Shown here piece by piece: positions 51,521-64,000 of a DNA stretch of 64,000 bases. Every line of letters starts with the position of its first letter. The first letter of the stretch is position 1. The notes under the pieces were generated by a model. It worked only from the letters and a program-made list of their open reading frames with translations. It ran no database searches and was not told where the DNA came from. The position numbers and the translations under genes are program-made. Source of the DNA: Paraspadella gotoi. Its lineage: Eukaryota; Animalia; Chaetognatha. The stretch is taken from contig CM119270.1 in NCBI GenBank assembly GCA_051294375.1, forward strand, positions 15,685,845 through 15,749,844, given 5' to 3'.

Positions 51521-53828
51521 GTATAGTATTTATAAATCACTATCTGCTATTTAGAGGATGTTTTGTTTGTTGCTTTTGTGAGCATTTGTGTATGTTTTTA
51601 TTTGTATTTTCTACGAGATATATTGCTTTTTTTTTAACATTCGGTGCAAATCCCATAGTTTTAGTCAAATTTCTCTCGATTTAAATTTCTTTTTTCCTTT
51701 ATTCAATTCCGTTTAACATTTTCGATTTCGACGTCATTCGTGGATTGAGTTTTTTGTTTGTTTATTTCAGCTGCGTTTGGCAGAGTCTATTGCCTTCCAC
51801 CGATTATTTTGCCTTCTGCGTTTGTCTCGCCCTCGGCCACCGCCTCTCCTTTTCCCTTCAGATTCGAATACTTTTTCCCCAATTATCGGCTTTTCTCTCT
51901 CTTTCTCTTTCTCTATCTATTTTTCTCTTTCGCTTTCTCTCTTCCTTCTTTCTCTCTCCCATTCTCTCCCAGTCGCTCTCTTTCTCTTTCTCTATCTATT
52001 TTTCTATTTATCTTTCTCTTGCCCCCCTCTGTCACTCTCTTTCCCAGTCTATCTCTGTTTCTCTTTCTCTCTATTTTTATCTCTCTCTCACTTCATATCT
52101 TTCTTTTCGCCTTCTCACTCTCTNNNNNNNNNNNNNNNNNNNNNNNNNNNNNNNNNNNNNNNNNNNNNNNNNNNNNNNNNNNNNNNNNNNNNNNNNNNNN
52201 NNNNNNNNNNNNNNNNNNNNNNNNNNNNNNNNNNNNNNNNNNNNNNNNNNNNNNNNNNNNNNNNNNNNNNNNNNNNNNNNNNNNNNNNNNNNNNNNNNNN
52301 NNNNNNNNNNNNNNNNNNNNNNNNNNNNNNNNNNNNNNTCTCTCCCTTTCTCCAATCCCGATAATCGGACTTTCCCCCCTCTTTCCACTTTCAATCATGA
52401 TTCCATTCTCTTTCCTTCTTTCCACTTTTCCATCTCCAGTCCACTTTTTCCAATGAGTCTTTTTTCTCTTCTCGCGATTCGGAATCGATTAGTCGCCTCT
52501 AGTCTCCTTCTTACGGCTTCTTTTCGGCCTCCATGGATTTTCGACGGGAAGGGGGGGCGGNNNNNNNNNNNNNNNNNNNNNNNNNNNNNNNNNNNNNNNN
52601 NNNNNNNNNNNNNNNNNNNNNNNNNNNNNNNNNNNNNNNNNNNNNNNNNNNNNNNNNNNNNNNNNNNNNNNNNNNNNNNNNNNNNNNNNNNNNNNNNNNN
52701 NNNNNNNNNNNNNNNNNNNNNNNNNNNNNNNNNNNNNNNNNNNNNNNNNNNNNTTTTTTTTTTTTGCCGGGGTATGTTTTTGCGTTTTTGTTCTTTCAAA
52801 ATGTTCGCTCTTTTTTGCTCTTTTTTTGCTCTTTTTTTCTTTATTTTTTCGGACACGAGAGCGAGAGGGTTTAATGGTTTGTTTTTTTCCGCGCTTGCCT
52901 TTCGCCTCCTTTGCATTTGCCCCCGATTCTGATATATTTAAATCAAATCCAAGAATTCGGGTTTAATTCTACAGAAAATTTTTTCCCATTTTTTTTTATT
53001 GTTGTCGTTTTGTTTTGCTGTGTTTTCTGGTTTTTTTTTTGTTTTTTTTTTTTGTATGGTTTTTGTCCCGGCGGAGTATATAGATTTGGGCGGCGTTATC
53101 CCTTTCCTTTAGGCTTTACCTATGAATTATGTATGTGTGTATGACTATATGTATATTTCTTTGTTTTTTTGTAATTAAGGTAAAGCGTGAGTGTGTCCGT
53201 ACGTCCGTTTATCTGTCTCCAGTCGACAATTTGCTTTCTTCAGCTTAACGTTTCTTTCAGAAATATTTTTTTATAGAAGATAGGATCCTTCCTCAAATTA
53301 GTAAGTGCGGAAAATGCCAGCCCTCGCCCCTTGCCCCCCCCCCCGGCCGCCACCAGCTGGAACCGAAAATGGGTTTCACTCTCTCGTCACTGGAAAAAGT
53401 CTTTTAGTTTTGTCTTTAGACTCAAATCAAAGTTTTTTGTCTCATGGGATTTTAGGATTTAGGATTTTAGTATTTAGCAGGGATAGCGAATTGGTAGTGG
53501 TGTAAAACGGCTTAATCGTAGCCTAAACAGTAATGTTTGTATCCGAACCCGACATTATTGTAGCGAGAGAGAGAGAGAGAGAAAAAAACATCTAAGGAGC
53601 TAAAAAGAAAGGGCAACGCTGGAGCTGAACGACCGAGCGTAGTGGCCTTTGACCTTTCCCATCATCCTCGGTGCCACCATCCACCATCCACCATCCACCA
53701 CCGACTACTTCCTTCTTTTGTACGTCCATAACCATCGTAAATAATTCTCCCTATTGTAAATGAGGAAGTCAAAGACCGTTTCGATGCAGAAGACGAAATC
53801 CCTTCATTCGAAACCGAAAGGAAGATGA

Positions 53829-54465
53829 ACATGGTACTGAGAGAGGAGAATGTCTTTTTTTGATGGTTTAAGTGACATGGTACTGAGAGAGGAGAATTTT
53901 CTTTTTTTGATGGTTTAAGTGACATGGTACTGAGAGAGGTGAGAATGTCTCTTTTTTTGAATTGTGGTTTTTAAGTTGACATGGTACTGAGAGAGCTGAG
54001 GAATTGGTCTTTTTTTGATTGGTTTAAAGTGACATTGTACTGAGGAGGGAGGAATGTCTTTTTTTTTGATGGTTTTAACGTGACATTGGTAACGTGAGAG
54101 AGGGAGGCAATGTCTTTTTTTTTTGAATTTGTTTAAGTGACATGGTACTGCAGTAGAGGAGAAATGTTCTCTTTTTTTTGATGGTTTAATGACATGGTAC
54201 TGAAGAGGAGAACTGTCTTTTTTTTGATGACGTTTTTAAGTGACATGGTACTTCGCGAGAGGAGGAAATGTTCTTTTTTTTGATGGTTTAAAGTGACATC
54301 GTACTGAGAGAGAAGAATGTTCTTTTTTGTGAATGGTTTAAGCTGACCATGGTACTCGAGAGAGGAGAATGTCTTTTTTTTGATAGGGTTTAAGTTGACA
54401 TTTGGTACTGACGAGAGCGGAGCAATGTCTTTTTTTTTGATGGTTTAAGTGACATGGTACTCGTG
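53829..54465 (+). repeat. 46-bp minisatellite acatggtactgagagaggagaatgtctttttttgatggtttaagtg, about 13 copies
   Basis: The first two units are nearly clean (period 46-47). Later units carry random insertions. Confidence 0.92.
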
Positions 54466-55334
54466 AGAGCTTGACAGAGAAAAATGTTTATTATTCATGA
54501 TTGGTAATCGTGATAGCGACTAACCGCCTGAAAGTGTAGCACGTTCAATTTTCGCGATACTCGCGTTTGACGCAAAAACCCCCGTGACATAAGTTGTACG
54601 TAATTATCCGGAGCAATATATTGCGTACAACAGAGGCTCGTACGTACACTCTTCTTGGTTAGTCAAGAAAAGGCTCCGTTTTCTGTACGTGGTTATTACG
54701 GTGACATTGGTCACACGACTCGCGGAATAGCTCGACATAATGGCGCTTTGCGTTCCTTCGGAGTAAGACGCTGTACGACGTAGCCCATTCAGAGCGACAC
54801 GGTGCACACTATGGTGCCCATAAAAAGCTCAGAGAAAGGAGGTCATAAAGTCACTGGCGGACCGGTTATGCGAAAAAGCGCTTCTAGGGGAAAAAAAATC
54901 ACATAAAACTATTTTCCATCAATGCGTCATTTTGACATCTTCATCAATTTCAGTCAAATTTGATTAGTTGCTATTTGGTTTAGTACACAACGAATTAATT
55001 TGGGATCATATAAATTAATATTGTTTTTATAAATTAATATTGTGATACTATTTTTTTTTAACCTTTGCTTCGTCAACGAATTTTATTTAATAACTTTAGG
55101 ATCAAATATATTCTTATCCAGATAGACAATATACGACAAGAAAAGCATACATCTGGATATTGTGGATAAAGTCATATACCTAAAATTTGTCAGTCAGCTA
55201 GCCCCCCCCCAAAGAAAATCATTTTGATAAATGCACGTACACTCGTACAGTCGTACAGTCTGAGATCACACTCCCAGACAGACGTAATAAAACCGAATTG
55301 AAACCGTGCGTGGACGCGAGGGAAAAAATCTCGC

Positions 55335-55760
55335 GTCCCCAAAGAGGAAAGGAGAAAAGAATGAAAGGAGGAAAGAAAAAAAGAGGAAAGAAAAAAGGAG
55401 GAAAGAAGAAAAGAGGAAAAAAAAAGTAGGAAAGAAGAAAGGAGGAAAAAAGAAAGATGGAAAGAAGAAAGGAGGAAAAAAGAATGAAAAAAGAAAGGAG
55501 GGAAGAAAAAAGAAGGAAAGAAGAAAGGAGAAAATAATGAAAAAAGAAAGGAGGAAAAAAAAAGAAGGAAAGAAGAAAGGAGAAAGAAATGAAAGGAGGA
55601 AAGAAGAAAGAAGGAAGGAAGAAAGGAGGAAAGAAAAAAGGAGAAAAGAAGAAAGGAGAAAAGAATGAAAGGAGGAAAGAAGAAAGGAGGAAAAAAGAAA
55701 GAAGAAAAGAATAAAAGGAGGAAAGGAGGAAAGAAGAAAGAAGGAAAGAAAAAGAAATGG
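55335..55760 (+). repeat. Purine-only ~15-bp degenerate tandem repeat (gaaaggaggaaagaa)
   Basis: Directly visible. Source of the K/E/R-rich and F/S/L-rich spurious ORFs here. Confidence 0.8.
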
Positions 55761-56029
55761 AACGGGGGAAAAATGAAGACAAGAGGATTGAAAAAAATAA
55801 AAAAATACGAAAAGAAGGAAAGATGAAAAAAGAAAAAATCTAAAAGGAAAAAATAAGAAATTAAAATGAAAAGAAGAAAAAAAATGAAGGAAGTATAGAG
55901 AAGGGAAAGGTAAAAGACTAAAGAAGAAGAATAAGAGGGAAAAACGTTCTAAAAAAAAAAAAAAAGAAGAATAGAAAAAAAAAGGTAAACGACAGCGAAC
56001 CACAACAACTCAACGACGACGGGACAACA

Positions 56030-56115
56030 ACGCGGTCACGTGACCCGGCTAAAAAAGTGACAGTTTTTTGTTCCTTTTTTTTTGGCCGGAGGATCACGTG
56101 ACGCGAGGACTAAGG

Positions 56116-56175
<60 letters not shown>

Positions 56176-56265
56176 AGGAGAGAAGGAGAGAGGAGAGAAG
56201 AGCGTCCCATCGATCAGCGTGTCACGACGTCACGTGTGACGCGTCACGCGAGATGGCGCGGACAT
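56030..56265. promoter_or_regulatory. E-box/CLEAR-type motif cluster (candidate promoter or enhancer)
   Basis: GGTCACGTGACC (56034-56045), ATCACGTGAC (56093-56102), GTCACGTG (56229-56236), plus TGACGCGTCA and YY1-like agATGGCG around a GA tract. Confidence 0.4.
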
Positions 56266-57219
56266 CTTTCATGCGAATCACACGACTGGGTTGATGTTGA
56301 GGGGGGAGTAACAAAGGGGGGGCGTGGTTGAAGTGGAAAGGGAGGGAAGATAAGATGTTTGTTTTTTTTTTTCGAGAGAGAAAAATCGCGGGTCGTTGGA
56401 AACGAAAGAGAAATGAGGGGGTGGTGGGGGAGGGGGCGACAAGGGGCGATGGGGGGCGAGGGGGTGAGAGCATCGACGAAGTATTGAACGAACGAGAGGC
56501 CGAGACGAGAGACGCTGGAACTTCCGAGTTTCTATTTTTAGATCGAGTTGGACGAAAACTCGTCTCGATTATGATTAAGATTATTACCAATATAAAAATT
56601 ATCAATTATATTTCACATTATTTCATTAACTAAAGCGATCTTGTCTTCTAAATACTGACAGGTTTTATTTATCATTTTTCTTTTGCATAAAACATTTATC
56701 ATTTGATACTTTAAGAAAAGTAAACATCGAACGAAGAGTAGTACGAGACCAGTAAAATACTTTTGTCCCAGTTTTACTTACAAGTCCAACTTAAAGAGAT
56801 TTAAGGCTTTTCCTATTGATTTTCCCTTTTTTCTCTCTCTCTCTTTTCTACGTTTGTAAAGAAGTATTGATTATCAATCTCTTGGTTGTACAAGAAAAGA
56901 CTTAAGAGTTCAGATGTTATTCCCCATAAAACTTTCAACCAAACTTGTTCGTAATTACAATTACTTTCCCTACGAATAGCAAATTTTTTTCTATATTTAA
57001 TAAAATATTTCGCCATCCTTTTTTATCTTTGCCAACCTCCTCAATTTCAGCAATGCAATATGGCATCAATGGATTCTGGTTTTTTTTTCGGAGAGATCAG
57101 CCGCCGACTCGACAAATCTAATTTGTTCACATCAAGAGATGCGTCGGGGAGCAAAAAAAAATCAATATTTTTTAGCAAAACTCAATTTTTCCATCATTTC
57201 GAGTTTTGTCCGATAAAAT

Positions 57220-57500
57220 AAAAAAAAATGGCGGACGGAAAGTCAGTTTTTTTTTGGTTAATTAATGTCCATTTACTTGCATACATTCATGCCAGATGGC
57301 AAAAAAATGAACACTTATTTCATTAAATAATACATTCATGCATACTTTAAAACAGTCACAAAAACATAGTTTATACTTTCATATATTAGGATACTTACTA
57401 ACATTCATACATACAAATATATTCGAGTCATTCGCTCATTCGCTCATTCGCAAACCAATCACGGGACTTCCGGTTTGTCGACGTCAAGAGAGAATCATGT
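57220..57500. promoter_or_regulatory. Housekeeping-type promoter motif cluster
   Basis: aaaATGGCGG (YY1-like, ~57226), then aaCCAATCAcgggACTTCCGGtttgtcGACGTCA (CCAAT, ETS, CRE-like) within ~35 bp at ~57453-57487. Confidence 0.35.
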
Positions 57501-57819
57501 CGTCACCAAATTCAATCGCAAAAACGTCGAACAGTCGGTCAGTCGATAAGTCAGTCAATCAGCAAATCTGTTGTTCCAACTTGTGATATAGAAACTCGGG
57601 CAATGGTCAGCCCGTCAAAACAATTGTATGAAGCACTTCCCGCATTCTGAGTTACAATTAAACCTTTAAGTTTAAATGCGGTTTAAATTGTGTTTCTTGT
57701 TACATGACATGACGTGACATGTTATGACTACATGACGACCATAACCTTCTTAGCCGGTGTATTTATGACAAGCACTGCATCGGAATTTTGTCTTTTTTCT
57801 TTTGTCTTTTATTTCTAGA

Positions 57820-57995
57820 GGGCAGCGCTAGCAGTCGCTTAGATTTAAGGTTTTTTCCTGTCTTAACAAATGAGCAACCAACCATATTATAGTTATGAGC
57901 ATTTTTAACATAAGTAGGATAGACCGACGGACAGGCATACCGACGGACCGACCGACCGAAAAGTGACTTATAGAGTACTCGCGGAGCAACTACAA
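57820..57995 (+). mobile_element. Second, diverged copy of the same short interspersed repeat
   Basis: aacaaatgagcaac...tttttaacataagtaggatagaccgacggacaggcataccgacggaccgaccgaccgaaaagtgacttatagagtactcgcggagcaact. Confidence 0.5.
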
Positions 57996-58879
57996 ACAGT
58001 GTAAAAGTATCCAAGTATCGACGAGCATCCAAGGAGATGAGTTATCCAGCATTTAGTCTTTCTGGCACAGTTGTTACGGAACCATTTGGCTAACGATCGA
58101 CCGACCGACTGGGTAATTGCTCTCCGATGACAACTTTGTTTCAATAATCCGTCTCGCTGAATCCTTTCGACTGCCCGCGCCGAAGTAGAAACTCGAAGCC
58201 CAATTCAAAATTTAAAAAAAAAGGTTCAACAGTTAAAATGATTTTTTTACCTTACGTGCCAAGGAACAACTCATCTGTTCAAAGCAATCGGCTGAATTAC
58301 TTACTATTGATACACTGTTGATCGTACAATCATTTTTCAGTTTAATAAAAGTACCTTTAACGCATTAATACAACTCAATATACACATATAACTGATTTTT
58401 AAAAATCTTTAAAGATATCTTAATGAAATTGGTACAACCAGTATAAAAATTATCCAATATCCATTCATTTAACAAGCTATCTTGCCCCTGACTTTGGACA
58501 GGCTTTGGTTGTTTAAGGCCTCCATCACGCTTACAAGAGTACCTGGCTTCCCTATCAATGAAGTGGTATACCAAAGAATGTATTACGAAGAATGTTTCAA
58601 TTGTATGAAAAAATGGTAATGACGTAATGACGTAATTTTTTCATAAACTAAAAAAAAAAACTCTGTAAAAAGCAAACAAAAACAAAAAACCGCCCGCATC
58701 CGTCCCTAACCTTTGATACAAACTCACCCTCCAATCTACCCTGCCAGCGACATCCTAAAATCTTCCCCAACTTTCCCCTCCCTCCCCTTCCCCAACCTCC
58801 CCCCCCCAAAAAACTCCCCCACGCCAACCAACGGAGTTGACTTCCTCTCTTCCTCGCTCGGAGACTGGAGGCGATAATC

Positions 58880-59038
58880 CTACGTTGACGTCTTGTCGTC
58901 GCAGCCTTGATCCGACTCAGTCTGTCCCCCCGGTCCGGGCGGTCCGTGCGGTCCGTCGGTCCGTCCGGTCGGGTCATGTGGATCCGGCGGATTGTTAACC
59001 GTCAAAACCGGGCATCTCGAAATTTGCGTCTTTTCGTT
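58880..59038 (-). CDS. Candidate terminal exon of an unidentified gene (NEKTQISRCPVLTVNNPPDPHDPTGRTDGPHGPPGPGGQTESDQGCDDKTST*)
   Basis: Strong acceptor ttttccctttcag, GC-rich island, 52 open codons in phase 0. No recognisable domain. Confidence 0.22.
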   Translation of the reverse strand, partial: NEKTQISRCPVLTVNNPPDPHDPTGRTDGPHGPPGPGGQTESDQGCDDKTST

Positions 59039-61141
59039 CTGAAAGGGAAAAATTAGTCTTTTGTTTTACTTAAATGAATAAGTTGTTCGTTCAATCGCAC
59101 TTTTTTTTTATAACAATAACAAATCAAGGAGAAATTTACAGTTATAATTATAACTAATAAACTAATGATTATAACTATAAAGTAAAATTGGTCACGAGCA
59201 TCCCCAGTGTTAATTGACATCGCTCACAAAAACCGTTAACCTGAATAAACTCGTCTCACAACCACCGGGCGATTGAACCCGTGCGTCATTAAGGAAGCTT
59301 CGCGTGGCTCACCGACGATTCTCTCTCACGAGTGAGTTGGTGAGACCGAGAGAGAGAGAGTGATCGCTTCGTCGACGAGATTCGTGAACGAGTCACAAAT
59401 CATCCTGTCACTTGGCGTTTTTTTTTCCTGTCTGCCTCGTTCAATGTCGTTGTTGTCGTTGTCACTGTCTCACAGAATCACAGAGTTCCCCAACGGTCAA
59501 TCTCACAAAATTTCCCCTCAGTTGATAAATCAGTTTCTCAACGAAACTCGACAGCGAAACACAAAATCAAGATTTCTTCCATTTTCTACCAAAGACGGAG
59601 AAACAAAAAATCATGCAAATGTCTTTCTCTCTCTCTCTCTCTCTCTCTCCTCCATCTCTCTCTTCTCTCTCTCTTTGTCGCAGATGTCTCAACTTCACCG
59701 CTAATTGCGGGTGGTTTTTCGCCTTTTCTACGTCTCACCCAACCTCACCTTTTTTACGTCTCACCCAACCTCACCTCTCTACGTCTTTAATTTCTCTCTT
59801 TTCCCGCCAGCCACTTAGTCACCTCACCTCGTTACTTGTTTCTGACTTCCCCCCCCAAAACCCGAATTATTTTTTTCTCCCTGGTTCTTCTTCCATCACC
59901 AGATGATTTGTTTTCCTATTTTCCCTAAACTCCAGTGATTTTTTTTTATTCTCCTTTCCTTCTAACCTTGTTATTTGACTCTCTGTTTCCCTCCACCCTA
60001 TGATATGTTTCCCTTTTTCCAACCACCCTAGTGATTTGCCTCTATTTTTCCCTCCTCCATTATTATTTATCCCTTTTTCTTTTCACCTTAGTCCTTTCAC
60101 TATATATTTCCTCCACTCTAGTTATTTGTCTCCATTTTTCCATCCACCATAATGTTTTATTTCCCTTTTTTCCACTCACCCTAGTGACTTTTCTCTATTT
60201 TTCCCTTCAATCTAGCGATTTGTCTCTCTATTTTCCCTTTTTCCCTCCACCCTAATGATTTGTCACTCTATTTTCTTTTTTTTTTGCTCCAACCTAGAGA
60301 TTGGTCTCTATTCTTCTATCCACCTAAATGATTGGTCTCCCTTCTCTCTTCACTCCACATCAGTTCATTTCTTCTCCCCCTCAAAAACTCCTCAATCTGA
60401 AACCAAAACTCAAAATGATCTCCTTTCATTTTTTTCGCTCTTCTCTTCCTTTGTCCTCTCCTAAGCTCCGCAAAATCTCTCTCTCTCNNNNNNNNNNTCT
60501 CTCTTTCTCTCTGTTTTTTTTCACGAATTTGTCTTATTTTCTCCCCAATTTTCTTTTTAGAATCTTCGAAATTTTTTTATTTTTTTACCTAAATTTCATT
60601 CAAAATTGTCTTTTACTTTTCTTCTTTTTTTTAAAGCTGACGTTCTTTGATTATTTCCATTTTTCTCGTTACTCATTCTCCTCATCTTTCTCTTCGTTTT
60701 ATTACTTTTTGCGCGAGACGTCAAGACTAGCTATTAATATCTTTCTAATAACATTTTTTTCTGTTAATTTCTTTTTAATTTCTATCGATTTATTTCTTTT
60801 AATTTTTTTTTCCTCAATTGGTTTGTATTGATTTATTTACGGCATATTTTTATTGATTTCTTTCATTTGATTTCCGCTTTCTTTTTATTACGTTTTTTTT
60901 TCGAATTTCATGTAAGTAATAATATTAATTTTTCCTAGAGTTTAATAATTTTTTTCTATCCTTTTTTTTTTTTTTTCTTCAAGTATTTTTTTAAAAAAAT
61001 ATTTTTTACGAATTCAACTTCAATTTATCATTTCAGTTCTCCCACTTTATCCCTTATAACTATTTATTTACCGCTATTAATTTTTCGCTTCGAGATTTAT
61101 TTATGATTTACTAAGACTCTAACGCCATTCCTTTTCAATTT

Positions 61142-61173
<32 letters not shown>

Positions 61174-61604
61174 CTTTTTTCTTTCTTTCTTTCTCTCTCT
61201 CTCTTCTCTCCTCCTCTCTCTTCTCTCTCTCTCTCTCTCGCTCTCTTTCTCTCTATTTTCCTCACGTTATTCCTACAATAATCCTCGAGTCAACGACGAA
61301 TAATGAAACACCTCATGGCGACAGTTGTCGTTGTTGTCGTCGTCGTCGTTGTCTTTCCCCCCACCCCCCTCGTAGGTGACACGAGACAACGTAGCTGAGC
61401 CGACCCACCTCCCCCCCCCACAGAAAAATGAGAGAAAACGAATTGGGAATGTCGAAACGACGTCATCCGAATGTCATAACATTGTCAGATTAGCTTATAA
61501 AGCCATAACAATATTTTTCTTAACTTCTTAACTTCTTAACGTCTCCCGGTGTCAAAGGAGGGAGGAAAAATCATTTGAGAGAAAATAACTAAAAGAGTTT
61601 AGTG

Positions 61605-61768
61605 AGGGAGTTTGGGGGGGTTCCTCGGTGAGAACTTGTCATTCAGTTTGGGGGGTTACTCTGTGAGGACTCGTCATTCAGTTTGGGGGGGGGTTACTCT
61701 GTGAGAACTCGTCATTCAGTTTGGGGGGGGTTCTTCTGTGAGGAGTGAGGACTTGTCATTCAGTTTGT
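61605..61768 (+). repeat. ~36-40-bp tandem repeat gtcattcagtttgggggggttactctgtgagaactc, 4-5 copies
   Basis: gtcattcagtttg recurs at ~61638, 61673, 61711 and 61755. Confidence 0.8.
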
Positions 61769-62597
61769 GTTATCAAAAGTAAGTAGACAGGGATTTCAAT
61801 ATGAAAAACGTAAAAAAAAACAAAACATCAAGGATGATGAGAAAGACAAAAGTTGATATTGTTTTTTTTTTGTTGTTGTTGTTTTTTTGAAAGGTTTTCA
61901 TTTTTTTAAAAATCCTCTCACTAAAGTCGTCAATCTTACAAGATCTAAAACTCCTTGGACAGGTGAGAGTAAAGCGGGCTTCTGAGTCAAGGTATAAAAA
62001 ACAAGAATAACCATGACAACAAAAACAATAAAAACACAACCGAAATAAAATTTGTTGGGTTTTGTTTTCAATGAACTCACTATTGCTTCTTCAAATGACG
62101 TCATTGAAGGACGACGACGACGACGAGAACGACGACGACGACGACGAAGATGACGACGACGAAGACTACGACGAAGACGACGACGAAAAGACTACGACGA
62201 AGACGACGACGAGAAGAAACGACGACGACGAAGACGACGACGAAGACTACGACGAGACGACGACGAAGGACTACGACGAAGACGACGACGAGAACGAGAA
62301 CGACGACGACGAAGACGACGACGAAGACTACGACGAAGACGACGACACATCTTTTGTCATTCGACTTGAAAAAGAAGAAAAGGCTTCACTTGACTTGAGG
62401 CTTTAGCGACGCCCGTCGAACCAGAGATGAATTTTAATGTTTCGTCCAGCATTCTTCTTCTTTTCTCTTTCAATCATCTTTTTTTTTCTTTTTTTTTATT
62501 ATCGAGAGAGAGAAGAGATGAGAGAGAGAGGATAGAGGAGATGAGATGAGAGGAGAAGAGAGATGAGATTGGAGAGATAGAGAGGACAGAGACGAGA

Positions 62598-62629
<32 letters not shown>

Positions 62630-63616
62630 CAGCACTCAATCTCTCTCTCAAGATTCAATAAAGACTTTTTTTTTCACTTCTCTAAATTTCCAGGACTGAA
62701 CGCTTCCTTATTTAGCCGGTAACGGATTAATTATTTATGGCTCATTCATTATTCAAAGGCCTTTCTTTCCGGATTAGAAACAGGAAGCATCTCTGTCGTG
62801 ATAACCGATGAATTAAGAATATTTAGTTTTTTTTCAAACGATTAAAATGTTAGTTTGATATGAGAAGATTCAAGATGTTTAACGAAAACGACACCAACTA
62901 CGACCAAAATAATAAATCCAGAGCCAAACCTTAATTGAAATCCCGATTGCCTTTTGTTCCTTACCTGGAATCTTCTCTCACTCTCCCTTACTCCCTCCCC
63001 TGGCGGAAAGTATGGGAAGCTTTAAAGTAGTTTCGCAGCCTCGAAAGCGTCATTGTTTCCAAAACTCTAAGACGGCGCGAGTTAAACTAACTCTTTTTTT
63101 GTGTGTGTACTTAATTTTAGTTGAGCGAGAGAGAGAGAGAGACGATGCCGCGGAAAGGGGAAATGAAATCGTCTCGTAAACGCAGAAACAAAAGAATATC
63201 CCGTCGCCCGTTTCCATTTTTTTCTTGTACGAGGCTCGCTGCACCCAACGATCCAAATTCGGTCTACGTGACTCATGAGTTTCCGTCTCTCGCACGAACC
63301 AGAAACACACAAAAAACACACACAAACACTTAAATAAAAAAACGCACCTGTTAAAACTAACCTCGCCTCGATATGAATCAAAAAACAAGTATTCTCTCGA
63401 CTCTAAATGTGTCTTAAGGATAAAAATAAAAAAGTCGAAACGTTTTAAATGTGTTTACTAACAAAACCCGTTGTCTGTGATTAAAACGAAACTAAAAACA
63501 ATATGATAAAGGGAAGCGAAAAATTAGATCAACGTCCGTCTCGATTATAATTTTGCAAAACTCGCACAATTCTTTATATATATATACATAAACGCAAAAG
63601 GATAGAGAGAGAGACG

Positions 63617-64000
63617 ATGTCGGTCCCTCTGAGCAACGTGTTGCTCAAACCCAAGAGTCACATGTCCTTCAGCAACGCCAAGGGCCTCCTCAACGGCCCG
63701 GGGGAGAACAATTGCTTTCTCAACAGCGCCGTCCAGGTCCTCTGGCACTTGGACGTCTTTCGCCGTAGTTTCCGCGAGCTCAGCGGCCACGCCTGCATGG
63801 GCGACAGCTGCATCTTCTGCGCCGTCAAGGTCATCTTCACTCAATTCCAATACAGCGAAAAGTCGGCGCTGCCGCCCAACTCTTTGCGGAAGGCGATGGC
63901 GGAGACGTTCCACGACCAGCGTCGGTTCCAGCTGGGCTTCATGGACGACGCCGCCGAGTGCTTCGAGAACATCCTCCAGCGCATTCACCTTCACGTGGCC
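63617..64000 (+). CDS. USP54: Ubiquitin-specific peptidase of the USP53/USP54 (echinus) subfamily, N-terminal catalytic domain; runs off the window
   Basis: Own translation: [128 protein letters not shown]. Has the Cys-box GLLNxPGxNxCFLNS and the [14 protein letters not shown] motif typical of USP53/54, plus strong GC3 bias. Absent from the ORF track because no stop lies in the window. The symbol marks the subfamily; one-to-one orthology is untested. Confidence 0.95.
   Translation, partial: MSVPLSNVLLKPKSHMSFSNAKGLLNGPGENNCFLNSAVQVLWHLDVFRRSFRELSGHACMGDSCIFCAVKVIFTQFQYSEKSALPPNSLRKAMAETFHDQRRFQLGFMDDAAECFENILQRIHLHVA

Noticed and set aside
53829-54465. Regular repeat arrays resembling CRISPR (also 24505-24880 and 42830-44190)
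   Set aside because: Head-to-tail units without unique spacers, no cas genes, and a eukaryotic context.
62062-62406. Asp/Glu-rich ORF (also 12472-12741 and 22907-23134)
   Set aside because: Degenerate (GAC)n microsatellite, open in several frames, with no convincing splice context.
63545-63994. 149-aa minus-strand ORF
   Set aside because: Antisense to the clearly recognisable USP53/54 frame.

Overview
Eukaryotic (metazoan-like) genomic scaffold: AT-rich, full of GA/GAA/GAC microsatellites, with N gaps and spliceosomal GT-AG introns. Two genes are recognisable. (1) A minus-strand, multi-exon copine (CPNE)-family C2-domain gene, with seven phase-consistent exons between 23169 and 12860. Its first C2 domain carries an unusual ~350-aa disordered insertion, and exon 4 has one in-frame TAG. 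No vWA-domain exons were found. (2) The 5' end of a USP53/USP54 (echinus-like) deubiquitinase at 63617-64000 (+). About 19 kb (18329-37078) is a giant inverted duplication. It and several noisy direct duplications next to exactly-25-N gaps look like long-read gap-filling artefacts, probably triggered by a transposon-like insert at 27277-28407. Also present: a TTAA-flanked Kolobok-like non-autonomous element with a nested foldback, a LINE 3' fragment, two Helentron/HINE-like repeats, several minisatellites (one built from a splice donor) and two promoter-like motif clusters. Almost all ORFs in the supplied track are low-complexity noise. All family assignments are from motif recognition, not database searches.
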